Under the pieces are notes generated by a model. The model was not told the DNA's origin, did not search any database, and saw only the letters and a program-made list of their open reading frames with translations. A stretch of DNA of 64,000 bases. Source: an uncultured delta proteobacterium. GTDB taxonomy: Bacteria; Myxococcota_A; Polyangia; Palsa-1104. Positions within the stretch are counted from its first letter, which is position 1. Every line of letters starts with the position of its first letter. The stretch lies in contig CAWAWS010000004.1 of the NCBI GenBank assembly GCA_963785725.1, positions 1 through 64,000 on the forward strand. The letters are read 5' to 3'. The position numbers were made by a program, and so were the translations under genes. Below, one piece after another: positions 50,116-59,477 of the stretch.

Positions 50116-51442
50116 GCTCCACCTCCGTGGGCGGTGAGTTCGAGGTCTCAGCGGCAGTGGCGTCGTCGCTCGACGGCGCGTCATGAGTCGTCGTTTGTCC
50201 GGCCTGTTCCATGGCCCCGTCGACGGGATGGGTCAGGCCGAGCGCGCCGAACAGGTCGTGCAGGTTGGCCGCCGACAGCGACGGCGAGAAGTGTCCGTCG
50301 GGGCCGCGCGCGTGCGCTTCCCACAGGACTTTGCGGCCGATGCGGAAGGGATCGCCGCGACCAGCGTCGTTCGGACAATCGCAGGTCGTGACCGCGCCTT
50401 GGTAGCCGGCGCGCTGCAGCTCGGCGACGAGCGCGGGCGAGTGGTAGCCGTTGCAGTAGGCGAAGTAGCGGCACGGGCGGCCGCTCCAGGCTTGCAGCGC
50501 GGCTTTGCTCGACGCCAGCTGTCGGCGCACTTCCGGCAGCGGCTCGTGCGTGAGGACGACGTGGCCTTCGGTGTGCGCGCCAATCTCCCAGCCGAGGTCG
50601 GCGAGCGCGCGCACTTCGTGCGGCCGCAAGACCGCGGCGCCGTCGTCGAGCGCGGGCGAGCCGAGGCGCGCCTCGAGGGCGGCGATGACGCGCGCGAGCT
50701 CGGCGGCCGTGGCCGCGCGAATCAGCGCCTCGACGGCCGCCGCCGGACCTTCGCCGGCGAGCAGCGGCGCGGCGGTCGCCCACAGCGGCGCCAGCGTCGC
50801 GTCCTCGGTGATGCGGTCGAGCGCGACGCCGTCGCGGCGCGCGGTCCACAAGCCGGCGTAGAGGCGATCGTGCGGCAACAGATGGCCGGCCGGCGAATCG
50901 GCGGCGGCAAAGCCGGTGGGCACGAACACGGCCGCGGGAATCCGCAGCGCCTTCAGGATCGGCGCCGCGCGCAGGAGCACGTCGCGATAGCCGTCGTCGA
51001 AGGTCACGGCGACGGCGTCCTCGGTCAATTCGAGCTCGCCCGCCAGCGCGCCCACGACCGACGACAGCGGCAGGATGACGAAGCGCTCGCGCAGCTGCTC
51101 CATCTGCCGCCGAAAGGTCGGCTCGGTGATGCACAGCGACGGATTGATCGGCCCGTCGCCGTCGATGCGGTCGACGACGCGGTGGTAGCCGAGCACGTGC
51201 ACGCGGGCGCCGGCTGCGAACGTGCGCAGCGTGCGGCCGAGCCCGCCGATGCCGCTCTGCTCGACGGTGGCGGCGAGGCCGAGCTTGACCCAGTCGCGCC
51301 AGCGCCAGACGCCCGCCGCGAATTCGTCATGGCGCTCGCGTGGCGCTGCCGGGGCGCTCGGCGCCGGCGGCTGACGCGGCGCCGTGTGCTCGCGCGCCGT
51401 CTTCAGCGCGGCATCATCCCTACGATGATCGTCGTCGATCAT
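50105..51442 (-). CDS. Polysaccharide deacetylase (CE4/NodB)
   Basis: VLGYHRV, VTFDDGYRD, EIGAHTEGH, FAYCNG. Confidence 0.9.
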   Translation of the reverse strand: MIDDDHRRDDAALKTAREHTAPRQPPAPSAPAAPRERHDEFAAGVWRWRDWVKLGLAATVEQSGIGGLGRTLRTFAAGARVHVLGYHRVVDRIDGDGPINPSLCITEPTFRRQMEQLRERFVILPLSSVVGALAGELELTEDAVAVTFDDGYRDVLLRAAPILKALRIPAAVFVPTGFAAADSPAGHLLPHDRLYAGLWTARRDGVALDRITEDATLAPLWATAAPLLAGEGPAAAVEALIRAATAAELARVIAALEARLGSPALDDGAAVLRPHEVRALADLGWEIGAHTEGHVVLTHEPLPEVRRQLASSKAALQAWSGRPCRYFAYCNGYHSPALVAELQRAGYQGAVTTCDCPNDAGRGDPFRIGRKVLWEAHARGPDGHFSPSLSAANLHDLFGALGLTHPVDGAMEQAGQTTTHDAPSSDDATAAETSNSPPTEVELAY

Positions 51443-51464
51443 TGTACATGGTCAGGCCCTCGTT

Positions 51465-52631
51465 TCATCGGAAGACCCTCGCGCGCGTGCGCTTGGCCCA
51501 GGCCAGCGTGTCCGGCGGCAGCGCGCGCTTGCCGGCCTCGCGCAAACGCCAATACAGCGTCCGGCCGGTGTCGTGCAGCTTGGCGCGCCAGGAGCTGTCG
51601 CGCGCGCGCAGCCGCACCGTCTGGCGCTCGCCGTTGGCCCACTTGAGCTTGTAGGGCTCGCAGCCGCGCAGGAAGTCGTACTCGGCGACGCCTTCGGCGA
51701 AACAGCGCTGCACGACGTGGCCGAGCAGGACCGTGCCGACGGAGCGCTGGCGCCAGTCGGGATCGTAGCCGGCCTGATAGAACGCGAAGCGATCGCCGTG
51801 GCGAAAGCCGTACAAGGCCGCGCGCGTCTCGCCTTCGACGTTCAAGAGATAGAGGCGCGCCCAGCCGGCGTCGGCCATCGCGCGGCCGGCGCGCTGGTGG
51901 AACGCCTCGACCTCCGGCGAGTCGATGGCGTCGGAGCCGCCTTCGACCGCCCAGCGACGATGATGGAGCGCGATCAGCGTGTGCAGGCCGCGGGTCAGCT
52001 CGTCGGGCGTCGTCAGCGTCTCGATGGCGAAGCCGGGCCGCTTTTCCAGCCAGCGCAGCCGCCGCTTCCACTGCTGACCGGTGCCGTCGGGCAGCGCCAT
52101 CAAGTAGCTCTCGAAGTCGCCGCTCAGCGTGATGTGCGGGCAGCGATAGCGCGACGTCTCCGTCACTTGCGCCGGCGCGAGCTGAGCGCTGACCGCCGCG
52201 CGCAGCGGATCGGTCGGCAAGAGGCCGTCGAGGTCGAGCTCGTCGAAGCTGGCGCGCGCGAGGTAGTCGGCGAAGGCGTCGGCCAGCGCCGGCTCGTCGG
52301 CGGCGGCGCAGACGAGGCCGAGATAGTCGGAGCCGACGATGCCTTCGCCGAGGAAGGCCAAGCGGCGGCCGCCGAGCGGCGACGGCGTGCTGAAGAGCGG
52401 CAGCAAGCCGAGGCTACGACCCTGGCGGTGCGCGACGAGGACAACCAGTTCCTTGCCGGCGGAAAAAGTCTTCCACCACGAGGACAGCCAGGCCCACGAG
52501 CGGAAGGGCGCGCCCGGATGCGCGGCATCGGCGAGCCCGCGCCAGGTCGATTCGAGCGCCGCCAGATCGCCGCGCCACGGTGCGATCACGATGGGTTGGC
52601 TCTGCTCGCTGGGCTGGAGAGCGCTACGCAT
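51465..52631 (-). CDS. GNAT acyltransferase, CelD/BcsL-like (ExoG/ExoI-like)
   Basis: WLSSWW, SDYLGL, FYQAGYDPDW..SVGTVL, YDFLRGCEPYKLKW. Confidence 0.88.
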   Translation of the reverse strand: MRSALQPSEQSQPIVIAPWRGDLAALESTWRGLADAAHPGAPFRSWAWLSSWWKTFSAGKELVVLVAHRQGRSLGLLPLFSTPSPLGGRRLAFLGEGIVGSDYLGLVCAAADEPALADAFADYLARASFDELDLDGLLPTDPLRAAVSAQLAPAQVTETSRYRCPHITLSGDFESYLMALPDGTGQQWKRRLRWLEKRPGFAIETLTTPDELTRGLHTLIALHHRRWAVEGGSDAIDSPEVEAFHQRAGRAMADAGWARLYLLNVEGETRAALYGFRHGDRFAFYQAGYDPDWRQRSVGTVLLGHVVQRCFAEGVAEYDFLRGCEPYKLKWANGERQTVRLRARDSSWRAKLHDTGRTLYWRLREAGKRALPPDTLAWAKRTRARVFR

Positions 52632-53850
52632 GCGCCAGCACCTGTTTCACGGCATGTGCCACTCGATCGATGGCGTCATCGTCGAGCGATTGATGGCAGG
52701 GCAGCTCCAGGATCTCGGCGCGCAGGCGCGTCGCGTCGGGGAACTCCGCCGGGTCGCAGTGCGGGTCGTGGCTGCTCCAGAAGTCGATGGCGTCGATGCC
52801 GCGCGCGTGCAGCTGGGCGACGATCCGCGCCTTGTCGCGGCCGCGCCGCGTGTCGACGCGCACCGGCAGGAACAGCGGGCAGGCGCCGGCCGGCAGCGGG
52901 TGGTGCACGACCTCGATGACGTCGGCCAGCGCCGTCGCCAAGCGCGCGAAGTTGCGGCGCCGGCGCACGACGACCATCTCGTCATCGAAGCGCGGCAACA
53001 GCGTCTGCACCAGCTGCGAGGCGCCCAACTGCAGCTCGGCCTCGGTCAGGTGCATCGTGCCGGTCTTGACGGTCGCGACCGCTTTGTCGACGGTGGCTTG
53101 CGACGTCTTGCGCGCCGCTTGCCGGACCGCGCGGCCGATGCCCGACGAGTGCAGCTCGAGGTGCGCCAGCGCCAAGCCGGCCACGTGATGCAGCGTCGAC
53201 ATGAGCGGCGGCGCGCTCACGTCGGCCACCGGCACGTCGCGCGCGAGCAAGAGCCCTCCGTGCGGCAGCGGCAGCGACTTGTAGAGGCAAAAGCAGCTGG
53301 CGTCGCCGAAGCTGCCGAGCGGAACGCCGTCGGTCGTGCGCGCAAACAGGGAGAGCGCGCAGTCCTCGAACAGGCGAACGCCGTCGTGCGCCCGCGCGAT
53401 GGCGCGCGCCTCGGCGATCGGCTGCGCGAAGCCGGCGTAATGCGTGACGTAGACGACGCGCACGTCGGCGCGCGCCGCTTTGGCCGCCAGGTCGTCGAGG
53501 TCGATGCGCAGGTCGCGCCCGACGCGATAGAAGACGACGTGCGCGCCGGCCGCGCGCACCGCCTCGACTTCGACGCCGTGGTGATAGGCCGGCATGAGGA
53601 CGACGTCGCGGGCGCGATCGTCCGCCGGCCCCAGCCAATGCTTGATCGTGTGATAGACGCCGGCGCGCGCGAGATAGAACAGCTGCGCCGACGGCGCCGC
53701 CAGCTGTGACAGCGGGTAGATGTGCGGCCGGTGCGGCTCCCACGAGGGCAACAGCTGCAGCGGATCGAGCGTCGGCAACGAGGGAATGAAGAGGCGCTGG
53801 CCCGCGTCGGGCGCGGGCGCCGCGGGCGTTGCGACAGGGCTGGCGAGCAT
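52624..53850 (-). CDS. DegT/DnrJ/EryC1/StrS-family PLP aminotransferase (ExoH-like)
   Basis: VLMPAYH, THYAGF, FEDCA, CLYKSLP..GG, ELPCHQ. Confidence 0.88.
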   Translation of the reverse strand: MLASPVATPAAPAPDAGQRLFIPSLPTLDPLQLLPSWEPHRPHIYPLSQLAAPSAQLFYLARAGVYHTIKHWLGPADDRARDVVLMPAYHHGVEVEAVRAAGAHVVFYRVGRDLRIDLDDLAAKAARADVRVVYVTHYAGFAQPIAEARAIARAHDGVRLFEDCALSLFARTTDGVPLGSFGDASCFCLYKSLPLPHGGLLLARDVPVADVSAPPLMSTLHHVAGLALAHLELHSSGIGRAVRQAARKTSQATVDKAVATVKTGTMHLTEAELQLGASQLVQTLLPRFDDEMVVVRRRRNFARLATALADVIEVVHHPLPAGACPLFLPVRVDTRRGRDKARIVAQLHARGIDAIDFWSSHDPHCDPAEFPDATRLRAEILELPCHQSLDDDAIDRVAHAVKQVLAHA

Positions 53851-53853
53851 GGA

Positions 53854-55476
53854 CTAACTCCTGTGGAGGCGCGACCAGAGCGTTCTTGCGACGGGCACGA
53901 GCCGTTTCAAGGTGGGCGCGAGACGAAGCTTCCACGCGGCGAGCGCGCGACCGCGCCACGTCGGGGCGAAGAGGTAGCGAAAGAGCTGCGGGCGCAGCTC
54001 GGCGGTCCAGTCGCGCTTCCACGGCATGTCGTCGCCGAGGAAGTCGAGCTCGCGCACGCCGCGGCCGATGAGATCGCGCACCACGGCGTCGACGAGCAGG
54101 TGGCCGAGCCCGTACGAAGACAGCGCCGGATCGAAGCCGGGCTTGAGCAAGTAATAGGTGTGATCGTCGACGAGCGCGAAGTGGAAGGCGACGCGGCGGC
54201 CGGCGACGGTCAAGAAGTAGCAGGCGAGCTGGCCGCGGCGCGCAAAGGCGTGGGCGAGCGCGCGATAATGACGGTTGAGCTTGGCGTCGCAGGCGATTGC
54301 GGTGCCGAGCTCGCCTTTCCAGCCGGCGGCTTCGAGCGCGAAGCCTTCGTCGAGCAGCGCGTCGAGCGCGGCGGCGTTGCGGTCGTGGCCGTCGACGCGC
54401 TCGAGCGCGACGGCGCCGACTTCGGCCGCGAGCTTCTTGGCGCGACGGCGTAAATTGCCGCGAAACTTCGCGCCCAGCTGCTGGTCGAGCGCGGCGGCGC
54501 TCTCGGGCAGCGGCAGAAAAGGCGACTGCATCGAGGTCCACTCGCCGTCGGCCCAGCCGGCGGCGCGCGCGGCGGCGACCAGCCGATCGGCGGCGGCGCC
54601 TTTGGCCAGCACCGACTGCAGCTCGACGGCGTCCCAGTCGCGGCGGCGGCCCAAGTGCGCGACGAGCGCGCGCGCCGCCGCGTCACCGTCGGCACCGGGC
54701 GCGAGCAGCACGTCGAAGCGCTGCGAATGATCGTCGGTCAACGAACGCAAGACGCGCGCCGGCACGCCCGCCAAGCGGCGGCGCTCGGCGATGAGCGGCA
54801 GCGCCGCCACGAGGCGGCCGCCGCGATGGACGACGAAGAGGCGCAAGTCGCCCACGCGCGCGGCGTCGTGACGGTCGGTCAGCGACGCGGCGTAGATGGC
54901 GAGCCAATCGGGCGACAGGAATGGCCCGCGCGTCAGGCCGGCGGCGGCCATGTCGGCGGCGAGCGCCTCCCACGCCGGTCGCAGCGCCGCGATGGCCGCG
55001 CGATCGTGCAGCTCCTCGACGGCGATCGGCAGCGGTGCCGCGGCCGCAGTCGGAGCGTCGCCGGTCGTCACTTCTACGCGTGCAGCGGCTCGAGCACGAA
55101 CCATCGGCATGACTCCCGTCGCGGATGGCTGCGACGTGTGTGCGCTTTGGGCGCGTTGCTGTTTTGCCGGCGCGCGCGTCGGCACGCCGGGATGCGTGGT
55201 CGCCGGCGCGGGCAGCTTGGCGAGCGCGTCGAGAACGGCGTCGACCTGCGCGCTCGCCATCGCCACGTCCGCGGCGACGCTGGCGGCTTCGGCCGGCGCG
55301 CGCTTGCCCTCGATACGCCGGCCCGCCGGATGCGCGACGCCGCGCGCGACGACCGCCGAGCGCGCGCGCTTGCGCCCGTCGGCGGCCAACGGCACGCGGC
55401 CGCCGTCGGCGACGCCGCTTTCACGCGACGCCGAGCGTGCCAGTGTCGTGACCAGGAAGCGTCCGCCGCGATCCAT
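53854..55476 (-). CDS. GNAT acyltransferase, CelD/BcsL-like (ExoG/ExoI-like), with low-complexity N-terminal extension
   Basis: PFLSPDW, EAAGWKG, LKPGFDP..YGLGHLL, LDFLGDDMPWKRDW; ATG 55476 overlaps the upstream TAA; alternative starts 55260 or 55110. Confidence 0.85.
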   Translation of the reverse strand: MDRGGRFLVTTLARSASRESGVADGGRVPLAADGRKRARSAVVARGVAHPAGRRIEGKRAPAEAASVAADVAMASAQVDAVLDALAKLPAPATTHPGVPTRAPAKQQRAQSAHTSQPSATGVMPMVRARAAARVEVTTGDAPTAAAAPLPIAVEELHDRAAIAALRPAWEALAADMAAAGLTRGPFLSPDWLAIYAASLTDRHDAARVGDLRLFVVHRGGRLVAALPLIAERRRLAGVPARVLRSLTDDHSQRFDVLLAPGADGDAAARALVAHLGRRRDWDAVELQSVLAKGAAADRLVAAARAAGWADGEWTSMQSPFLPLPESAAALDQQLGAKFRGNLRRRAKKLAAEVGAVALERVDGHDRNAAALDALLDEGFALEAAGWKGELGTAIACDAKLNRHYRALAHAFARRGQLACYFLTVAGRRVAFHFALVDDHTYYLLKPGFDPALSSYGLGHLLVDAVVRDLIGRGVRELDFLGDDMPWKRDWTAELRPQLFRYLFAPTWRGRALAAWKLRLAPTLKRLVPVARTLWSRLHRS

Positions 55477-57518
55477 TAGCGACTGAACCCCGGCACCGAC
55501 GGAACCGGCGCCCACTCGAAGTTCAAGTCGTCATCGATGCGCGTCTCGTTGTCGGCGACGAGGTCCGCGTCCGACACTTCGAGCACGGCCTCGTCCTTCT
55601 TCTTGGCGATGGCCGCGAACACCGGGTTCACGATCGACGTCTTCGGCTTCGGCTGGGGAATCGGCGGCGCCGGGATGGGCGTGTCGACCTTGGCGGTCGT
55701 CGTCTTCGTCGGCTCGCGCAGCCGCGCGTCACGCTTCGGCAGCGTCGATGCCGATGAGCCATCGCGCTGGCTCGCCGTCGAATGGCCGGCCGTCGGCAGC
55801 GCCGATGCGAAGGAGCTCCCCGTCGCCGAATTCGTGCGCGGCGACGGCGCCGCCACCGAATGGCGCCGCGGCAAGGGCGCGGATACCGAATTCGTGCGCG
55901 GAGGCGGCGCCGTGACCGAGCTGCCGGAAGCCCAATTGGGGCGCGGGGGCGGCGCAGCGACCGAGTTGCCGGAAGCCGAGCTCGTGCGCGGAAGTGGCGC
56001 CGTGACCGAGTTGCCGGAAGCCGAATTCGTGCGCGGAAGTGGCGCCGTGACCGAGTTAGCGGAAGCCGAATTCGTGTGCGGAAGCGGCGCCGCGACCGAG
56101 TTGCCTGACGTCGAATTCGTGCGCGGAAGTGGCGCCGTGACCGAGTTGCCTGACGTCGAGTTGGCGCGCGGAAGTGGCGCCGTGACTGAGTTGCCTGACG
56201 TCGAATTGGCGCGCGGAAGCGGCGCCGTGACCGAGTTGCCTGACGTCGAATTGGCGCGCGGCAGCGGCGTGGCCACGGAGCTCGCGCGCGGAAGCGGCGT
56301 GGCGGCCGAATTGGCGCGTGGCAGCGGCGCCGTGACCGAGCTGCCGGAAGCCGGATTCGCCCGCGGCAGCGGCGTCGCCTGCGAATGGCTCGGCAACGGC
56401 GTCACCTGCGAATGGCCGGGAATCGGCGTGCCGAACGCCGGCGTCACCACCGAGCCGAAGCGTCGCGTCGGCACATTGAGCTGCGGGAACGACATCTTCT
56501 TGCGCGGCGCCGTCGGCTCGTCCTTGGGCGCGAACCACGCGTTGGGATCGACGTTGCGCAGCGACTGATAGTGCTCGACCGTCTTCTGCAAGCCCTCGCG
56601 CAGTCGCACCGCCGGCGCCCAGCCGAGCACTTTGCAGGCGCGCGCGATCTGCGGGCGCGACTGCTTCGGATCCCACGGCGGCGCCGGAATGTACGTGGGG
56701 TCGATCGCCAGCCGCTTCTTGCCGCAGCACTCGAGCACCATGTTCCACAGGAAATTGACGGCCACCGCTTCGCCGGACGCGATGTTGAGCGGCTCGGCCG
56801 GCGGATCGTCGACCGTCAGCGCCGCCAGCACCGCGGCCACGACGTTGTCGACGTAGATGAGATCGCGCGTCTGCTGGCCGTCGCCGAAGAGCACCGGCGC
56901 CTTGCCGTCGAGCGCGGCGCGGATGAGCTTGGCGACGAGGCCGGCGTCGTCGCGCTCGGCGTCTTCGTCGGGCCCGAAGACGCGGAAGATGCGCAAGTTG
57001 ACGACGGGCACGCCGAACGCCTCGCGATAGACGCGGCCATATTGCTCCATCGCCAGCGCCATGACGGCTTCGGGCGTCATCGGCCGCGGCGGCAACTCCT
57101 CGTGCAAGACGAAGCCGGCCTGCTTGCCGTAGACCGACGCCGAGCCACACAAAATGACGCGAATGCGATCGCTCTTGACGACGCCGCCCGATGCTTCGGC
57201 GCGCGCATGATTGAGGATGTGCAGCGCGCCGCCGAGGTTGACGTCTTGCGCGCGAATGCAGTCGACGCCCGGCTGCACGCCGGCCAAATGCACGACCGCG
57301 GCGACGCCTTGCATGGCGCGCTGCACGGCCGCCGGATTGCGCACGTCGCCGTGCAGGAGCTCGATGCCGTCGATGGCGGCGAGACGATCGCGTTTGCCGG
57401 TCGACAGATCGTCGAGGACGCGCACGCCGTAACCGCTGGCGGCGAGCGCGCGAGCGACGTGGGAACCGATGAATCCAGCTCCGCCGGTGATGAGAACTTT
57501 GCTTCCCTGAGTGAGCAT
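55476..57518 (-). CDS. NAD-dependent epimerase/dehydratase-fold protein lacking YxxxK, with ~300-aa Ser/Thr/Pro repeat tail
   Basis: TGGAGFIGSH, FRVFGP, FGDGQQTRDLIYV; PMTPEAVMALAME in place of the canonical PxSPYxxSKxAxE. Confidence 0.88.
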   Translation of the reverse strand: MLTQGSKVLITGGAGFIGSHVARALAASGYGVRVLDDLSTGKRDRLAAIDGIELLHGDVRNPAAVQRAMQGVAAVVHLAGVQPGVDCIRAQDVNLGGALHILNHARAEASGGVVKSDRIRVILCGSASVYGKQAGFVLHEELPPRPMTPEAVMALAMEQYGRVYREAFGVPVVNLRIFRVFGPDEDAERDDAGLVAKLIRAALDGKAPVLFGDGQQTRDLIYVDNVVAAVLAALTVDDPPAEPLNIASGEAVAVNFLWNMVLECCGKKRLAIDPTYIPAPPWDPKQSRPQIARACKVLGWAPAVRLREGLQKTVEHYQSLRNVDPNAWFAPKDEPTAPRKKMSFPQLNVPTRRFGSVVTPAFGTPIPGHSQVTPLPSHSQATPLPRANPASGSSVTAPLPRANSAATPLPRASSVATPLPRANSTSGNSVTAPLPRANSTSGNSVTAPLPRANSTSGNSVTAPLPRTNSTSGNSVAAPLPHTNSASANSVTAPLPRTNSASGNSVTAPLPRTSSASGNSVAAPPPRPNWASGSSVTAPPPRTNSVSAPLPRRHSVAAPSPRTNSATGSSFASALPTAGHSTASQRDGSSASTLPKRDARLREPTKTTTAKVDTPIPAPPIPQPKPKTSIVNPVFAAIAKKKDEAVLEVSDADLVADNETRIDDDLNFEWAPVPSVPGFSR
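55815..56420 (-). repeat. Intragenic 45-bp/30-bp tandem repeats (PLPRANSTSGNSVTA-type)
   Basis: About ten 15-aa units and four 10-aa units, visible in DNA as GCGCGGAAGTGGCGCCGTGACCGAGTTGCC blocks. Confidence 0.9.
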
Positions 57519-57554
57519 CTTCGTTGACCCTCGTCCCGACTGAACCTCTGTCTT

Positions 57555-57570
57555 TGCGCGCGATGTGCCA
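57555..57570 (-). promoter_or_regulatory. Sigma54-like promoter before the epimerase-like gene
   Basis: TGGCAC-ATCGC-GCGCA with GG and GC at correct spacing, 37 bp before the ATG. Confidence 0.55.
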
Positions 57571-57783
57571 ATCGCTCTGCTTGCCGCTGGAAGTTGCTAC
57601 GCCGTCGAAATGCCGTCGGAAAGCGCGTTCGCCGAGGTCGCTTACGCGCGTGCGGCGCGGGGGTGGAGTGGCGGGCGCGGCTAGGGCTGGGGAATGTTCG
57701 CGCGCAAGAAAACGCCGTTCTTGCGGAGTGGAAGTGGGGCGCATGAATGCGGACGATTGAGGGCGGCTGGGCGGTGGATGACG

Positions 57784-58128
57784 GGACTAAGAATCCGGAG
57801 GATGGTGGGCTCGGCGGAAATGCCCCCATCCACCCTCCCTTTATCGGGCGAGCGCGCAGAAAGTTGCGTGTCGGTTCGGCGACCCACGCAAAGCGTGTTC
57901 GAGCGGCTGCGTGGACTAAGAATCCGGAGGATGGTGGGCTCGGCGGAAATGCCCCCATCCACCCTCCCTTTATCGGGTGAGCGCGCAGAAAGTTGCGTGT
58001 CCGTTTGGTGACCCACGCAACGCGCGTTCGAGCGGCTGCGTGGACTAAGAATCCGGAGGATGGTGGGCCCGGAGAAAATGCCCCCATCCACCCTCCCTTT
58101 ATCGGCCGCCCCCGCAGAAAGTTGCGTG
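57784..58128. repeat. 129-bp intergenic tandem repeat, 2.7 copies, hairpin-rich
   Basis: GGACTAAGAATCCGGAGGATGGTGGG starts at 57784, 57913 and 58042. Confidence 0.92.
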
Positions 58129-58142
58129 CCGGCCTCCAGCCT

Positions 58143-59471
58143 CTACCGCGCCCCCCGCCCAAAAATGACGACTTTGGCCGTATGAAACAAGATCGAGCAA
58201 TCCAACAAAACGCTCAGGTGCTTGACGTACCACAAGTCGTAATGCAGCTTCTCGCGCGCCTCCTCGAGTGACGCCGCGTACGGATACTTGATCTGCGCCC
58301 ACCCCGTGATTCCCGGCGGCACCAGCGTGCGCAAGTCGTAATACGGAATCTGCACCCGCAGCTTGGCCACGAACTCCGGCCGCTCCGGTCGCGGGCCGAC
58401 GATGCCCATCTCGCCTTTCAAGACGTTCAAGATCTGCGGCAGCTCGTCGATGCGGAAGCGGCGCAAATATTTGCCGATGCCGGTGACGCGCGAGTCGTTC
58501 TTCTGCGCCCACTTGATGCCGTTGGCCTCGGCGTCCGTCCGCATGGTGCGGAACTTCATCATCTTGAAGTTGCGCCCGCTCATGCCGACGCGCTCTTGCG
58601 TGTAAAAGACCGGCCCTTTGGAGTCCAGCTTAATGATGATGGACACCAGCAATAGCACCGGCGCCGCCAAGATGAACAGCACCAGCGACGCCAGCAGCGA
58701 CACCAGCCGCCGTCCCGCCAACAGCCACGCCGGTCGCGCGAAGCCGTCGGAGAAGACGAGATCGCTCGGCTTCACCAAGTCGACGGGGATCTTCTTGAGC
58801 GCGCGCTCGGCGAAGGTCGTCGCGTCGATGACCTCGAGGCCGGCCAGGCGACAGGCCAACAGCTCGCGCACGTTGAGCCCGCGCCGATCGTCGACGGCGA
58901 CGACGATGACGTCGGCGCCGCGAGCCCGCGCCCGCGCCGCCAGCCCGCTCGTCTCGATCGCCGCCGAGCCGACGACCTCGGAGTGACCGTCGAGCCCGAT
59001 TTCGCGCTGCAAAATCGACGCGGCCTGCGTGCCTTGGCCGATGACGAAGACGCGCGCCCGCAGCGCCGCGATGCGCCCCAAGTCGGGCAGCGCCGCGCGC
59101 AAGGCCAGCGCCACCGTGCAGGCGCCGCCCAAGCCGGCGACCGCGATCGCCTTGGCCGGTGACGGGCCGGGAATGAGCAGCGTCCCCAGGCCGCAGACGA
59201 TCGTCGTCGCTCCAATCGCCTTCAAGAGGCGCGCGGCTTTCGGCGCATCTTGGTAAGCGACTTTGAAGTCGTACAAATCGGCCAAATAGAGGGCGATCTG
59301 CAGCGCTGCGGTGGCGCAGGCGGCCTCGACGACGATGCGGATCCAGTCCGCATTGGCACCGAGGCCACGCGCCACCGCCAGCGCGGTGACGATGAAAGCG
59401 GCCAGAAGGGCGAGCTGCTCGCCGACGAAGAAGCCGAGCTTCCTCGACTCGACGTACGAACGAACCGACAT
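58143..59471 (-). CDS. Polyprenyl-phosphate hexose-1-phosphate transferase (WcaJ/ExoE-like priming enzyme)
   Basis: N-terminal TMs, KFRTM, RIDELPQ, VGPRPERP, PGITGWAQ. Confidence 0.95.
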   Translation of the reverse strand: MSVRSYVESRKLGFFVGEQLALLAAFIVTALAVARGLGANADWIRIVVEAACATAALQIALYLADLYDFKVAYQDAPKAARLLKAIGATTIVCGLGTLLIPGPSPAKAIAVAGLGGACTVALALRAALPDLGRIAALRARVFVIGQGTQAASILQREIGLDGHSEVVGSAAIETSGLAARARARGADVIVVAVDDRRGLNVRELLACRLAGLEVIDATTFAERALKKIPVDLVKPSDLVFSDGFARPAWLLAGRRLVSLLASLVLFILAAPVLLLVSIIIKLDSKGPVFYTQERVGMSGRNFKMMKFRTMRTDAEANGIKWAQKNDSRVTGIGKYLRRFRIDELPQILNVLKGEMGIVGPRPERPEFVAKLRVQIPYYDLRTLVPPGITGWAQIKYPYAASLEEAREKLHYDLWYVKHLSVLLDCSILFHTAKVVIFGRGAR

Positions 59472-59477
59472 GACGGG

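Noticed and set aside
57784..58128. CRISPR array
   Set aside because: Units are near-identical over their whole 129 bp, with no unique spacers and no cas genes
57077..58162. ORFs with 43-aa repeats across the tandem array
   Set aside because: Open in several frames on both strands only because 129 is a multiple of 3; atypical composition; the longest overlaps the epimerase-like gene; a homologous non-coding copy exists at 13.1 kb
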